64,000 nt of DNA, taken from IMG/VR virus record IMGVR_UViG_3300025697_000003; one strand, given 5' to 3'. The position numbers were made by a program, and so were the translations under genes. Numbering within the stretch: position 1 is the stretch's first letter; the number at the start of each line of letters is the position of its first letter. Positions 44,479 to 52,533 of the stretch are shown here, in pieces. The notes under the pieces were generated by a model. It was not told the origin of the DNA. It did no database searches and saw only the letters and a list, made by a program, of their open reading frames with translations. The stretch is from a virus.

Positions 44479-44615
44479 GGATGAGCGGATGAGCCTAGGC
44501 GACACGGATGAGCCGAGCCGAGCATGCCGAGCATGTCACACAATCAAACGGATGAGCGGATGAGCGACACGGATGAGCGCATGCCGAGCGCATGCCGGCA
44601 CCGGGATCGATGAGC
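44479..44615. repeat. GGATGAGC box array (6 perfect + 1 partial) in two ~71-nt super-repeats
   Basis: Boxes at 44479, 44487, 44506, 44550, 44558 and 44571, plus a partial at 44609. Each half reads GGATGAGCGGATGAGC..GACACGGATGAGC followed by GCATGCCGAGC repeats. Confidence 0.85.
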
Positions 44616-44669
44616 TGTTCGGATCCCGTATGGCCCCGATTGCACGACCAACGGGAGAGGGGGGAGGTT

Positions 44670-44741
44670 GCTCAAGATTTTCTGGTAATAATTTGAAAAG
44701 GGCATGCTCAAGATTTTCTGCTCCCAGTTTCAAAAGTGCCA
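44670..44741. repeat. Two tandem 36-nt repeats
   Basis: GCTCAAGATTTTCTG at 44670 and 44706, each followed by TTT(G/C)AAAAG. Followed by a G8 run (44782-44789) and a T-rich UP-like tract. Confidence 0.8.
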
Positions 44742-44822
44742 ATTCGAAACATCTTTTAATCCTAGCTGGATTTCTTTTGGAGGGGGGGGTGCCATTTTTT
44801 ATTTCTGAAATTTCCAGCGAAC

Positions 44823-44851
44823 TTGCATCACCTGAGAGTTTCTAGTAGGAT
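44823..44851 (+). promoter_or_regulatory. Promoter, TTGCATCACCT family
   Basis: TTGCAT-17 nt (CACCTGAGAGTTTCTAG)-TAGGAT. Confidence 0.55.
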
Positions 44852-44857
44852 AGGTGC

Positions 44858-45004
44858 ATGGCCAAGAAGGAAGTGCGGACAGACGGAGATGAAGACACAG
44901 GCAGGTATTGTCCATGCAGCAGGATCCCTAAGAGCTGGTGGGTGAAGTTAAGGTACAGGCCACGAGATGTGAGGATGAAGAACTGTCGGACTGACGATGA
45001 TTGA
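44858..45004 (+). CDS. Possible small basic protein (48 aa)
   Basis: ATG lies 7 nt after the -10 hexamer, so it may be leaderless. Translation starts MAKKEVRTDGDEDTGRYCPCSRIPKSWWVKLRY.... Confidence 0.3.
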   Translation: MAKKEVRTDGDEDTGRYCPCSRIPKSWWVKLRYRPRDVRMKNCRTDDD

Positions 45005-45017
45005 TAGGAGAATGAAG

Positions 45018-45542
45018 ATGAAAGTAGAGATTCTGCGTGAAGCTGGATTTGAAGAAGCACTGCTGGGGATATCTCTGAGCTACAACAGTGGTGGAGATAT
45101 GAAAGTGGTTGCTGACAAGCTGGTAAAGAGAGGCGGGAGTCATTCGAAGTTTCTCGAGAGCATTGCAGTGTGGCTGGATATCGAAGCTCCTCGATATTGG
45201 TGGCAGCAATTTGCTACATATCGTATTGGGACATCTGCTCAATCAGAATCTACGATGCACACGCTGCTTGATGGAGAGCTCACTGAAGATAACTTCTCGT
45301 GTGAGGTACATGATGTGTATCTTGACATCATCAACGCAGTGATCAAGGCAGGAGATCTTGCCCATGCGAAAGGACTTCTTCCTGAGTCCTTCCTACAGCG
45401 GCGGATTGTCTGCACGAACTACATGGCGTTGAAGCGGATGATCCAGCAGCGACGGCACCACAAGCTGATAGAATGGCAGATATTCTGTACTCAAGTTGTG
45501 ATACAGGCAGAGCATCCAGAGTTTCTTGAGGTGGCGAAATGA
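45018..45542 (+). CDS. ThyX-fold protein with degenerate ThyX signature
   Basis: Aligns by eye to ThyX (HS.FLESI.V.L.IEAP....QQF...RI; LP......R.....N...L..MI..R). The RHRxxSxxxxSxRY motif is replaced by TYRIGTSAQSESTM. Confidence 0.6.
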   Translation: MKVEILREAGFEEALLGISLSYNSGGDMKVVADKLVKRGGSHSKFLESIAVWLDIEAPRYWWQQFATYRIGTSAQSESTMHTLLDGELTEDNFSCEVHDVYLDIINAVIKAGDLAHAKGLLPESFLQRRIVCTNYMALKRMIQQRRHHKLIEWQIFCTQVVIQAEHPEFLEVAK

Positions 45543-46090
45543 TTCTTAACGACAGACAGATCCACGAGTTGTGCATGTTTTCAGACGATCCAATGATCAA
45601 GCCATTCCTATCTATGCAGGTAGGCAAGCCATCGTTCGGCTTGGGCTCCTTCGGTTATGACCTAAGACTAGGAAGTAATTTCCTTCTGGCATCACGGATT
45701 GACATCATCGCTGACCCGATCGATTACGATTCGAATCTATGCCATGTTCTCAAGCGCGAGGACGAGTTTATCCTGCATCCTGGACACCACGTCCTAACTG
45801 AGTCCGTGGAGACGTTTAACATGCCTAACGATGTCTGTGGAGTGTGCTGGGGCAAGTCGTCTTACGCTCGTTGCGGGCTTTTGGTGAACGTAACGCCGCT
45901 GGAGCCTGGATGGAAAGGAATTCTGACTCTTGAGTTGGCGAATGTGTCTCCGAATCCGATTCGATTGCATGTCGGCAAAGGGATCGCACAGGTAGTCTTC
46001 TTCCGAGGCGAGAGGCCGGATCGAACGTACACTGAGAAAGAGAGCGGCGGCATATATCAGAATCAGATTGGAGTTACAGTTCCGCAGTAA
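45539..46090 (+). CDS. dcd: dCTP deaminase family protein
   Basis: Contains IKPF.....GKPSFGLGSFGYDLRLG and GKSSYARCGLLVNVTPLEPGWKGILTLELAN. ATGA overlap with the upstream gene. Confidence 0.85.
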   Translation: MILNDRQIHELCMFSDDPMIKPFLSMQVGKPSFGLGSFGYDLRLGSNFLLASRIDIIADPIDYDSNLCHVLKREDEFILHPGHHVLTESVETFNMPNDVCGVCWGKSSYARCGLLVNVTPLEPGWKGILTLELANVSPNPIRLHVGKGIAQVVFFRGERPDRTYTEKESGGIYQNQIGVTVPQ

Positions 46091-46389
46091 TGAAGCACGA
46101 ACCAGCCTCACCGTAGCTGCGACATTCCTCGATGTGGTGTTGGGGTGGGGCTGGTAGTAGAATGCGAACGACGGCGGTGTGGAAGGACACGCTGAACCCA
46201 TAATGAGCTGTGTGCTGGTGACTGGGATGTCAGCTAAGACGTAACGATATTGACGGTTAGCGACCGCAAGCATGTACAGTAAGCAGGTATCAATCCCTGC
46301 CCGTCGTTTGCATTTCCATCCTGATCTTGCTATGTTTGTGTGTGGAAAGGCAGCACCGCTTCAACGCATTACCTCCTTGATTCGAGAGG

Positions 46390-46427
46390 CGCACCTGGGA
46401 CTTAGGCCCCTGGGTGCGTTTCTTTTG
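46390..46427 (+). terminator. Intrinsic terminator
   Basis: CGCACCTGGG...CCCTGGGTGCG stem (with wobble pairs), followed by TTTCTTTT. Confidence 0.55.
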
Positions 46428-46429
46428 AG

Positions 46430-46458
46430 TTGCATCACCTCGGAGTTTATCATATACT
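46430..46458 (+). promoter_or_regulatory. Promoter, TTGCATCACCT family
   Basis: TTGCAT-17 nt (CACCTCGGAGTTTATCA)-TATACT. Begins 3 nt after the terminator T tract. Confidence 0.55.
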
Positions 46459-46478
46459 TCCAAGAGAGGTGATTGGCG

Positions 46479-46766
46479 ATGGCCGATAAAGTAATTGAGA
46501 GGCAAGAACTTCAGTGTCATGCCTGTGGCAAATACGTTCAATTCGACATCGATCTATCTTTGAATGGGAATCATGTGCTTAACTGTCCGAACTGCGGTCA
46601 TGAGCATTGCTTTGTATCAGGCGTGGGCGAACACCGTAGGAAGCTCATGAGGCATCAACAAGAAATGAGCAGGACCATCGTGGGGAATCCCAAACCAAAC
46701 GGAAGAAACTTGAGTTTAAGTTGTCGGGCGGTGGGCTCCTGCTCGCTGAATATGGAGGATAGATGA
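46479..46766 (+). CDS. Zinc-ribbon protein
   Basis: ATG 46479 lies 9 nt after AGAGAGG. Contains CHACGKY...CPNCGHEHC. Confidence 0.5.
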   Translation: MADKVIERQELQCHACGKYVQFDIDLSLNGNHVLNCPNCGHEHCFVSGVGEHRRKLMRHQQEMSRTIVGNPKPNGRNLSLSCRAVGSCSLNMEDR

Positions 46767-47110
46767 CTGAGAAAAACGCTGGCGTCGTGCGCTCAAGGAA
46801 CAACAAAGAGAGATCGTTCGCGCCTGTTACAGCTGAATCGATGCGACAGCGGATGACGATTCGAACGAACAAGCAACTCCAGTATGTGTTGGCGAGGATC
46901 GGCAAGGCGGCTAAGAACAACTGTGGTCGAGTGAGGTGCCATCCTGACGAGCTTGATGCAGCGTCTAGGGCATTCCTCACTGATGATCTTGGATACGTCG
47001 TTACGTTCATCACTGAGAAGGACAAGTACGAAGTGCGATGGGCGGGATCAGCGGACGACGATGAAGAGAATGTTGATGTAGAAATCGATCCAGGTTTTGC
47101 GGAGGGATGA
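46763..47110 (+). CDS. Hypothetical protein
   Basis: 115-aa ORF with an ATGA overlap. Confidence 0.5.
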   Translation: MTEKNAGVVRSRNNKERSFAPVTAESMRQRMTIRTNKQLQYVLARIGKAAKNNCGRVRCHPDELDAASRAFLTDDLGYVVTFITEKDKYEVRWAGSADDDEENVDVEIDPGFAEG

Positions 47111-47283
47111 TGAGTAGAGACACAGACCAAACGCTCGACAATCTGAAGGATGAAATCGGAGAACTCGATGACAGGATTTCTGATCTTGAAAACTACAACT
47201 ACACTCTGAAAGAGCGCGTTGCAGAACTGGAAGCAGAAGTTGGAGAGAGGGATGCACAGATAGCACAGATGGAGGGCTCATGA
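47107..47283 (+). CDS. Small coiled-coil protein (58 aa)
   Basis: ATGA overlaps at both ends. Translation starts MMSRDTDQTLDNLKDEIGELDDRISDLENYNYTLKERVAELEAEV.... Below the track cutoff. Confidence 0.45.
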   Translation: MMSRDTDQTLDNLKDEIGELDDRISDLENYNYTLKERVAELEAEVGERDAQIAQMEGS

Positions 47284-47582
47284 GTGAAGTGAAGCACATG
47301 GACATCAGGGAATTCAAAGAGAAAGGGTATCTCCAGGAAGCGAACAGGAGATTCTTCCATCCTCTCGGATTGGCATTGGTCGTCTCCAGGAATGATAGCG
47401 ACGGGAGCATGGAACTGTTCGGGATACAAGATTCAAGAGACGATCCAGAAGGCATCGTGTTTGATGAGTTCGACGTCGCTCTGGCGACTAGCGTGTCGTG
47501 TGACATGCTGGCAAGGGCTGAATACCGCGGCAAGCTGCCCTATTGCAACAATGGTGGAGTACAGACGGAGAACGCATCATGA
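47280..47582 (+). CDS. Hypothetical protein
   Basis: 100-aa ORF with a coupled start. Confidence 0.5.
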   Translation: MSEVKHMDIREFKEKGYLQEANRRFFHPLGLALVVSRNDSDGSMELFGIQDSRDDPEGIVFDEFDVALATSVSCDMLARAEYRGKLPYCNNGGVQTENAS

Positions 47583-47914
47583 AGATAGCGAAAGAGATTG
47601 CGGAGCATATCGAAGACCGGCAGTGCCCGGGGGGAGAGATGTCGGCAGCGATGCTTGAGAACATCGTAGCGGCGAAGCTGGAGCCTGTGAAGAAGGCGCT
47701 GAATGATCTGATTGAAACCTGCACAAGCAGTGATGTGATGGAATTTGGCGAGACACCGGACAGAGAGGCAATTAGAGGTGCGCAAGCCGCCCTTGCGCTA
47801 TTCGAGGACGAATGCGATCACGAATGGGTGGACGCAACAAACGAGGTTGTATCTGGCGGAGAGGTCTGCGTGAAGTGCCATGCTATCCGCGCCACGCACG
47901 AGGAGGATTTATGA
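47579..47914 (+). CDS. Hypothetical protein
   Basis: ATGA overlap. Starts MKIAKEIAEHIED.... Confidence 0.5.
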   Translation: MKIAKEIAEHIEDRQCPGGEMSAAMLENIVAAKLEPVKKALNDLIETCTSSDVMEFGETPDREAIRGAQAALALFEDECDHEWVDATNEVVSGGEVCVKCHAIRATHEEDL

Positions 47915-48342
47915 ATCTTCCTGACGGCGTAGCATGTGGCCATCGAGCGTGTCTGTCGCACAAGACGTATCCATGCCCGTTCTGTGGCAGGATTGCCGGC
48001 AGAGAGTTGACGACATCGGAGAGGGTAGCGAAGGCCGTGCTGGATACGTTCCCTGGTTCTGGTGGTAGAACAGAAGAGGAATGGTTCGCTGCGTGCGTTG
48101 AGCTCATAACTCCGATCGTTGATGGTGCCGACGCAGAGCAAGGGATTGACGTAAGCGGCTTCTCTTCATCAGCGGCAAAGAGATCAGTACCGATAACTCT
48201 CAAGATTGAACCTCGTATTGAACCGCGTCCATGGCTATGTATGCCAGCACGAAAGAACTATCTCAAGGCTGCATGGGAGTGTATTAAGTTCCCGTTCAGA
48301 CTCGTAGCGAACTTTCTGACAGCGATGGGGCAGGTCAAGTAA
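47911..48342 (+). CDS. Hypothetical protein (Cys/His cluster at N-terminus)
   Basis: AGGAGG upstream and an ATGA overlap. Contains CGHRACLSHKTYPCPFCG. Confidence 0.5.
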   Translation: MNLPDGVACGHRACLSHKTYPCPFCGRIAGRELTTSERVAKAVLDTFPGSGGRTEEEWFAACVELITPIVDGADAEQGIDVSGFSSSAAKRSVPITLKIEPRIEPRPWLCMPARKNYLKAAWECIKFPFRLVANFLTAMGQVK

Positions 48343-48371
48343 TTGCATCACCTCAGAGAATGTAGTATGAT
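48343..48371 (+). promoter_or_regulatory. Promoter, TTGCATCACCT family
   Basis: TTGCAT-17 nt (CACCTCAGAGAATGTAG)-TATGAT. Begins immediately after the preceding stop codon. Confidence 0.6.
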
Positions 48372-48397
48372 TGCGGAACAAGACTTTAGGAGGCAAC

Positions 48398-48756
48398 ATG
48401 AACCTGTCAGACGAAACACGGAAGAACTTGATCGAGGAACGCAGCAAGATTGATGCGTTGTTGGGAGATGTGCCTACGCTTGAATGCAAGCTAGGCCGTC
48501 CAGTGTTGGTGACTACGGACAAGCGCGGGGTGTTTTTCGGGTATGCAGACGACACATCTGGAGATCCTATCGTGCTGTTGAATGCACGCAACTGCATCTA
48601 CTGGCACAAGTCAGTTGGAGGATTTGCTGGGTTGGCTACTGTTGGCCCTAACGATCAATGTAGAATTGGTGCGCAGGTCAGCCAGATTGAACTGCGTGGC
48701 ATCTGCTCGGTTAGCGAAGTCGAGAGCCCTGCGGTAAAAGCGTGGGAGACGGCATC

Positions 48757-48769
<13 letters not shown>
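48398..48769 (+). CDS. Hypothetical protein
   Basis: TAGGAGG lies before ATG 48398. 123 aa. Confidence 0.55.
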
Positions 48770-48969
<200 letters not shown>

Positions 48970-49000
48970 AGGTAGTATGATTGCAGTGGAGGGGATTTAG

Positions 49001-49324
49001 ATGGCAGAGCAACCGCTGAGATTTAACACCATGCAGGGACTCATTCGACATACAGGTGGCAATGGCATCATGTTGAATGGCGTCAACTTTGAAGTCCCAG
49101 CGGGAGGCTTCACATTCGTAGGAATCGAGCTTGTCATCGCTGGGAATATGATGATGCCGAAGGTGCGCGAGTTGACAGGGCCAATGGCTGAACGCTACGG
49201 CGCGATGCGATTCGGAGAAGAACAGCTGCAGAATGTGATACAGCAATCAGCTATGGCCGGAGGAATGGATGTGCCGTTTATGTTCTCGTTCGACAGACCG
49301 AGGCCAAAGACATCAGTGAACTGA
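49001..49324 (+). CDS. Hypothetical protein
   Basis: GGAGGGG upstream. 107 aa. Confidence 0.5.
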   Translation: MAEQPLRFNTMQGLIRHTGGNGIMLNGVNFEVPAGGFTFVGIELVIAGNMMMPKVRELTGPMAERYGAMRFGEEQLQNVIQQSAMAGGMDVPFMFSFDRPRPKTSVN

Positions 49325-49473
49325 AATGTCGTCGGCCATGATGTGGTCGTGCCGTAAAAGCCTTGCGCCTCGCTTGTCGCAGGGGCACGCCACGGAATGA
49401 GTCGACAACCTCCAAGGAGGGCGGCGTAGGAAGAGAGCCCGCGCCGTCACTCCTGCATATATGAAGGAGTGTG

Positions 49474-49644
49474 ATGATGCCTAAGACTGCAGAGAAGCCA
49501 GCACTCAGCGAACGTGACTGGGAAGAAGACACCAAGCACCACCATGGGCGCCACAAGAATCGGTGCGTTGTGTGTGGGCATACGTTCATCGGCTACAGGC
49601 GCCGCCACATCTGCAAGAAGTGTATAACGGACTGGCGGAAATGA
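49474..49644 (+). CDS. Small zinc-ribbon protein (56 aa)
   Basis: GAAGGAG upstream. Contains CVVCGH...CKKC. Below the track cutoff. Confidence 0.45.
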   Translation: MMPKTAEKPALSERDWEEDTKHHHGRHKNRCVVCGHTFIGYRRRHICKKCITDWRK

Positions 49645-49859
49645 ATTGCATCGTCGCGCACAAGAATCTTGACGACTTCGATCCTGGGAAGATAAGAGCA
49701 GTGTGGAATAATCGAAGAATCCATCCTGTCCGATGGTGGCGTACACGATCGAAGTACGGTGTGAGCGTTGAGACAACCGACGGGGAGAAGGTGTCTGGTA
49801 AATTCATAGTAGTCCTGACGGTATCTGAGTTCGATCAGTGGAGGGAGCGTCATGCCTAA
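49641..49859 (+). CDS. Hypothetical protein
   Basis: ATGA overlap. Starts MNCIVAHKNLDDF.... Confidence 0.45.
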   Translation: MNCIVAHKNLDDFDPGKIRAVWNNRRIHPVRWWRTRSKYGVSVETTDGEKVSGKFIVVLTVSEFDQWRERHA

Positions 49860-50118
49860 GCCGAGAGCCACGAAAGAGATCAAGACTGCGAAGGTAGCGT
49901 TAGAGCAAGAGATAAGTGATGCCATGCACGTCATTACAAGCAAATTCCATGCTAAGTATCCTGGATGGATTGTCACTGATTCAGATCTTGGCATCATTGA
50001 TGTGTCGACGCGTGATAGACAGGAGAGGATGACAGCCTCGTCTCGAGTAGAGCTCACAAAGACTGATATGTCGATGAAGATCTGCAAGGGCAATCAGGTC
50101 AAGGATATGAAATCGTGA
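49852..50118 (+). CDS. Hypothetical protein
   Basis: 88-aa ORF. Confidence 0.5.
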   Translation: MPKPRATKEIKTAKVALEQEISDAMHVITSKFHAKYPGWIVTDSDLGIIDVSTRDRQERMTASSRVELTKTDMSMKICKGNQVKDMKS

Positions 50119-50465
50119 AGAGGCATGGTGTGCCAAACACAATCTCTCATTTCCCAGGATGGTATACCCATAAGGCGTTCAAGATTAGCAGTTGGGCGAG
50201 GATAGATGGAGTAATCTATGTTGAATGCGAGAAGCCGTTTGAATGGGGCGAAGGCGGAACAGTTGATGAAGCAGTTGCTTCTCTGAAGGAGAATCTGTCG
50301 GATCATCTTAGGATGCTACTGGAGGACAAAGACACGCTTGCTAAATGTGCTCAAGAAACGTTGTCTCAATTCATGGACGATCATCAATGCGAGAGATGTA
50401 GCGAGACGTTCTCAAATGCCAGCGACATGATTGTCGAGTTAAGAAAGATCAAGGAGCTCAAATGA
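50115..50465 (+). CDS. Hypothetical protein
   Basis: GTGA overlap start. 116 aa. Confidence 0.45.
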   Translation: MKRHGVPNTISHFPGWYTHKAFKISSWARIDGVIYVECEKPFEWGEGGTVDEAVASLKENLSDHLRMLLEDKDTLAKCAQETLSQFMDDHQCERCSETFSNASDMIVELRKIKELK

Positions 50466-50548
50466 AAATTGAATTGGAGTACATCGTCAAGTTCGTCGTC
50501 TTCATGGTGTGGTTTGCGATGATGGCTGATGCTCTGGGGAGACTGTGA
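50462..50548 (+). CDS. Tiny hydrophobic peptide (28 aa)
   Basis: ATGA overlap upstream, and its stop overlaps the next ATG. Translation is MKIELEYIVKFVVFMVWFAMMADALGRL. Confidence 0.3.
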   Translation: MKIELEYIVKFVVFMVWFAMMADALGRL

Positions 50549-50838
50549 TGGCTGAGAAACTGAAGCCGTGTCCGTTTTGTGGTGCCTTTGCCAAAGCAAT
50601 CATTGATCCAGGATGTCCTTGGGTTGTGACCAAATGCACTCAGTGTGGGGCAGAATCAAATCTAATGATGGAGAACGCCAGATATCAGGACAATGAAATG
50701 GCGGCAATAGCCGCCTGGAACAACCGCGCTGGCCGCAACGAGACAATCGAGGAGTGCGCGAAGACGTGTGAACAGATGGTGAAGGAAATTGTTTGCCCCG
50801 AAGAATGTGCTGCTGCGATACGAGATATGAAGGAGTAA
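50548..50838 (+). CDS. lar: Lar-family restriction alleviation protein
   Basis: Pattern LKPCPFCG...C..CG....AAIAAWNNRA matches the Lar pattern (KPCPFCG ... C..C ... WN.R). Confidence 0.65.
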   Translation: MAEKLKPCPFCGAFAKAIIDPGCPWVVTKCTQCGAESNLMMENARYQDNEMAAIAAWNNRAGRNETIEECAKTCEQMVKEIVCPEECAAAIRDMKE

Positions 50839-50840
50839 TA

Positions 50841-51098
50841 ATGGGATGGGATCAACAGAAGTGTGATGCTGCTGCAGAGAACATGACAAATGTGTTGTTC
50901 CTATCGTCTAATCAGGAACGCGATTTGAAGATTGCAGCAGCAGTATCAACGCTGACAGAGGCTCTTGGCTCAACTTGTAACGTTGAGATCAATGCAGAAT
51001 ATGGGGTCAAGCAAGTCGATCCAGTAGATGGGTGGCGTAACTACGAAAGGGATCCTAGTGGCAACAAGGTAATAATCACGATCACGGTAAAGAAATGA
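50841..51098 (+). CDS. Hypothetical protein
   Basis: AAGGAG upstream. 85 aa. Confidence 0.5.
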   Translation: MGWDQQKCDAAAENMTNVLFLSSNQERDLKIAAAVSTLTEALGSTCNVEINAEYGVKQVDPVDGWRNYERDPSGNKVIITITVKK

Positions 51099-51180
51099 AC
51101 AATCCTCCGGCGTTATCACCTCACATGATTACCGAGTGTAGATTTGCACTCAGCGCCGGAGGTATCTGTGAACATGGTGA

Positions 51181-51209
51181 TTGCTCTTATGTGCATCACC
51201 TATTACACT
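51181..51209 (+). promoter_or_regulatory. Candidate promoter overlapping a partial GCATCACCT motif
   Basis: TTGCTC-17 nt-TACACT. GTGCATCACCTAT lies at 51191. A 9-bp long-range stem CCTCCGGCG/CGCCGGAGG (51104/51154) lies upstream. Confidence 0.4.
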
Positions 51210-51234
51210 TAATGCGGAAATGGAGATGATCTGA

Positions 51235-51408
51235 ATGGCGAAGAAATTGATGCAAACGGCGACTATCTACGTGCCTCAGAAGAAAGTCGAAGAGAGGCTG
51301 ATCGAGCGAATGATTGCGGTCGGCGCGAAGAAGGATCGATCGTTTAACTACGTTTTGTTGAAAGCGATCGAGGAGTATCTTGAAAAAGAGGAATCACAAG
51401 GAGCGTGA
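51235..51408 (+). CDS. Ribbon-helix-helix (CopG/Arc-like) protein, 57 aa
   Basis: Contains TATIYVPQKKVEERLIERM...SFNYVLLKAIEEYL. Below the track cutoff. Confidence 0.5.
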   Translation: MAKKLMQTATIYVPQKKVEERLIERMIAVGAKKDRSFNYVLLKAIEEYLEKEESQGA

Positions 51409-51410
51409 AC

Positions 51411-51749
51411 GTGGCTAAGGATGAAAAGATTGCATCTGAAGTAGCAACTGGCGGAACGACATCGGCGGAGAAGACTCCATGGCAGCTACAGAATGAGATA
51501 GACAAGCTGGAGCAGCAAATAGAATCACTGAGGGCGCAGAACGCATTGCCGTTGACTGGCCTTGAGATCATGCAACTGCGAACCGTCCTGGCTGACAAGA
51601 AGGAGAAGCTAGGAGATCATGACGCTGTGATTGCTGGGATCGAATTGATTGCCAAGCTGGACGCATATCTGAATCCAGAGTTGCCGTTTAACGCTGGCGA
51701 TGGAACGTCTTCTGTGTCGATGCCGCTTGATGGCGTGACGGCGCAATAA
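51411..51749 (+). CDS. Hypothetical coiled-coil protein
   Basis: GTG 51411 lies 8 nt after AAGGAG (the track start 51405 is too close to the SD). Confidence 0.45.
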   Translation: MAKDEKIASEVATGGTTSAEKTPWQLQNEIDKLEQQIESLRAQNALPLTGLEIMQLRTVLADKKEKLGDHDAVIAGIELIAKLDAYLNPELPFNAGDGTSSVSMPLDGVTAQ

Positions 51750-51822
51750 GATTCATTGAGTAGAAGATGGCGGCATACCTCCTGCGTAGTACAGCGGGAG
51801 GACTGCTGCTGAAGGAGTAGAC

Positions 51823-51996
51823 ATGGCCGTAGCACCAGACATGGAACGGACATCGGCAACTGTTCCCAAAGAGCATGTCGAGTTCTATAAAGCAGAAGTG
51901 AAGAGACTGCGGATACTTGGCGAACGAACATCAGTGGCTGAACTTGTCAGAGAGGCGATCGCAAGAGATGTCAAACGGATCCAGAGGAAGCGATAG
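51823..51996 (+). CDS. Ribbon-helix-helix (CopG-like) protein, 57 aa
   Basis: GAAGGAG upstream. Contains SATVPKEHVEFYKAEVKRL...SVAELVREAIARDV. Below the track cutoff. Confidence 0.5.
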   Translation: MAVAPDMERTSATVPKEHVEFYKAEVKRLRILGERTSVAELVREAIARDVKRIQRKR

Positions 51997-51999
51997 CTG

Positions 52000-52533
52000 A
52001 TGGCGGAAGAATGGAGATCAGTCGTTGGGTACGAGGGATGGTACGAGGTTAGCAATCTCGGGCGGATACGAAATGTGAAGAAGAGGCAAGGTACTGTTGT
52101 TGGCAGGATGATGAGTCCATCAACGAATCGACATGGATATTCATACGTGTGTCTCCGTCAAGATAATGAACAGAAGACAGCATTAGTTCATCGCGTAGTG
52201 ATGGCTGCATTTGTAGGCCCATGCCCAGATGGATTAGAAACAAACCATAAAGATGGAATCAAAGGAAACTGCCAACGGTCGAATCTTGAGTATACGACTT
52301 CTTCAGAGAATCAAAGACATGCGTATAGACTCGGACTGAAAACTCCATGGGATGAGAGAGGAGAAAAGAACCCCTACGCTAAACTTACCGAGAGCAAGAT
52401 CCACAATATCCGCAGAAGGCTAAAGCACGAAACGCAGACAGCTATTGCTAAGAGCGTCGGGATGTCTAGGGCTGCTATAGGGCTTATCGCAAATGGAAAA
52501 ACATGGGGATGGCTAGAAGAGGAGCCAGTGTGA
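52000..52533 (+). CDS. Free-standing HNH homing endonuclease (NUMOD4 + HNH_3 + C-terminal HTH)
   Basis: Contains WRSVVGYEGWYEVSNLGRIRN and HRVVMAAFVG...NHKDG...N....NLEY.T..EN..H. C-terminal HTH QTAIAKSVGMSRAAIGLI. Confidence 0.8.
   Translation: MAEEWRSVVGYEGWYEVSNLGRIRNVKKRQGTVVGRMMSPSTNRHGYSYVCLRQDNEQKTALVHRVVMAAFVGPCPDGLETNHKDGIKGNCQRSNLEYTTSSENQRHAYRLGLKTPWDERGEKNPYAKLTESKIHNIRRRLKHETQTAIAKSVGMSRAAIGLIANGKTWGWLEEEPV

Noticed and set aside
44479-44741. Possible CRISPR array, given the regularly spaced short repeats.
   Set aside because: The repeats are 8-15 nt and abut each other or are irregularly spaced, with no 25-40 nt unique spacers. No cas genes are present in the window.
44536-44845. 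Track ORFs 44536..44742 (-) and 44573..44845 (+) as coding genes.
   Set aside because: They lie entirely within the repeat arrays, have low-complexity translations that mirror the repeats, and have no SD.
45794-46541. ORFs 45794..46273 (-), 46272..46472 (+) and 46290..46541 (-) in and after the dcd gene. Also a strong minus-strand AAGGAGG at about 46370.
   Set aside because: They are antisense to dcd or span the terminator and promoter. The translations are Arg/Ser/Cys-rich and not protein-like. The minus-strand SD is followed only by a 2-codon ORF or a 24-codon TTG ORF. A small ncRNA in 46091-46389 cannot be excluded.
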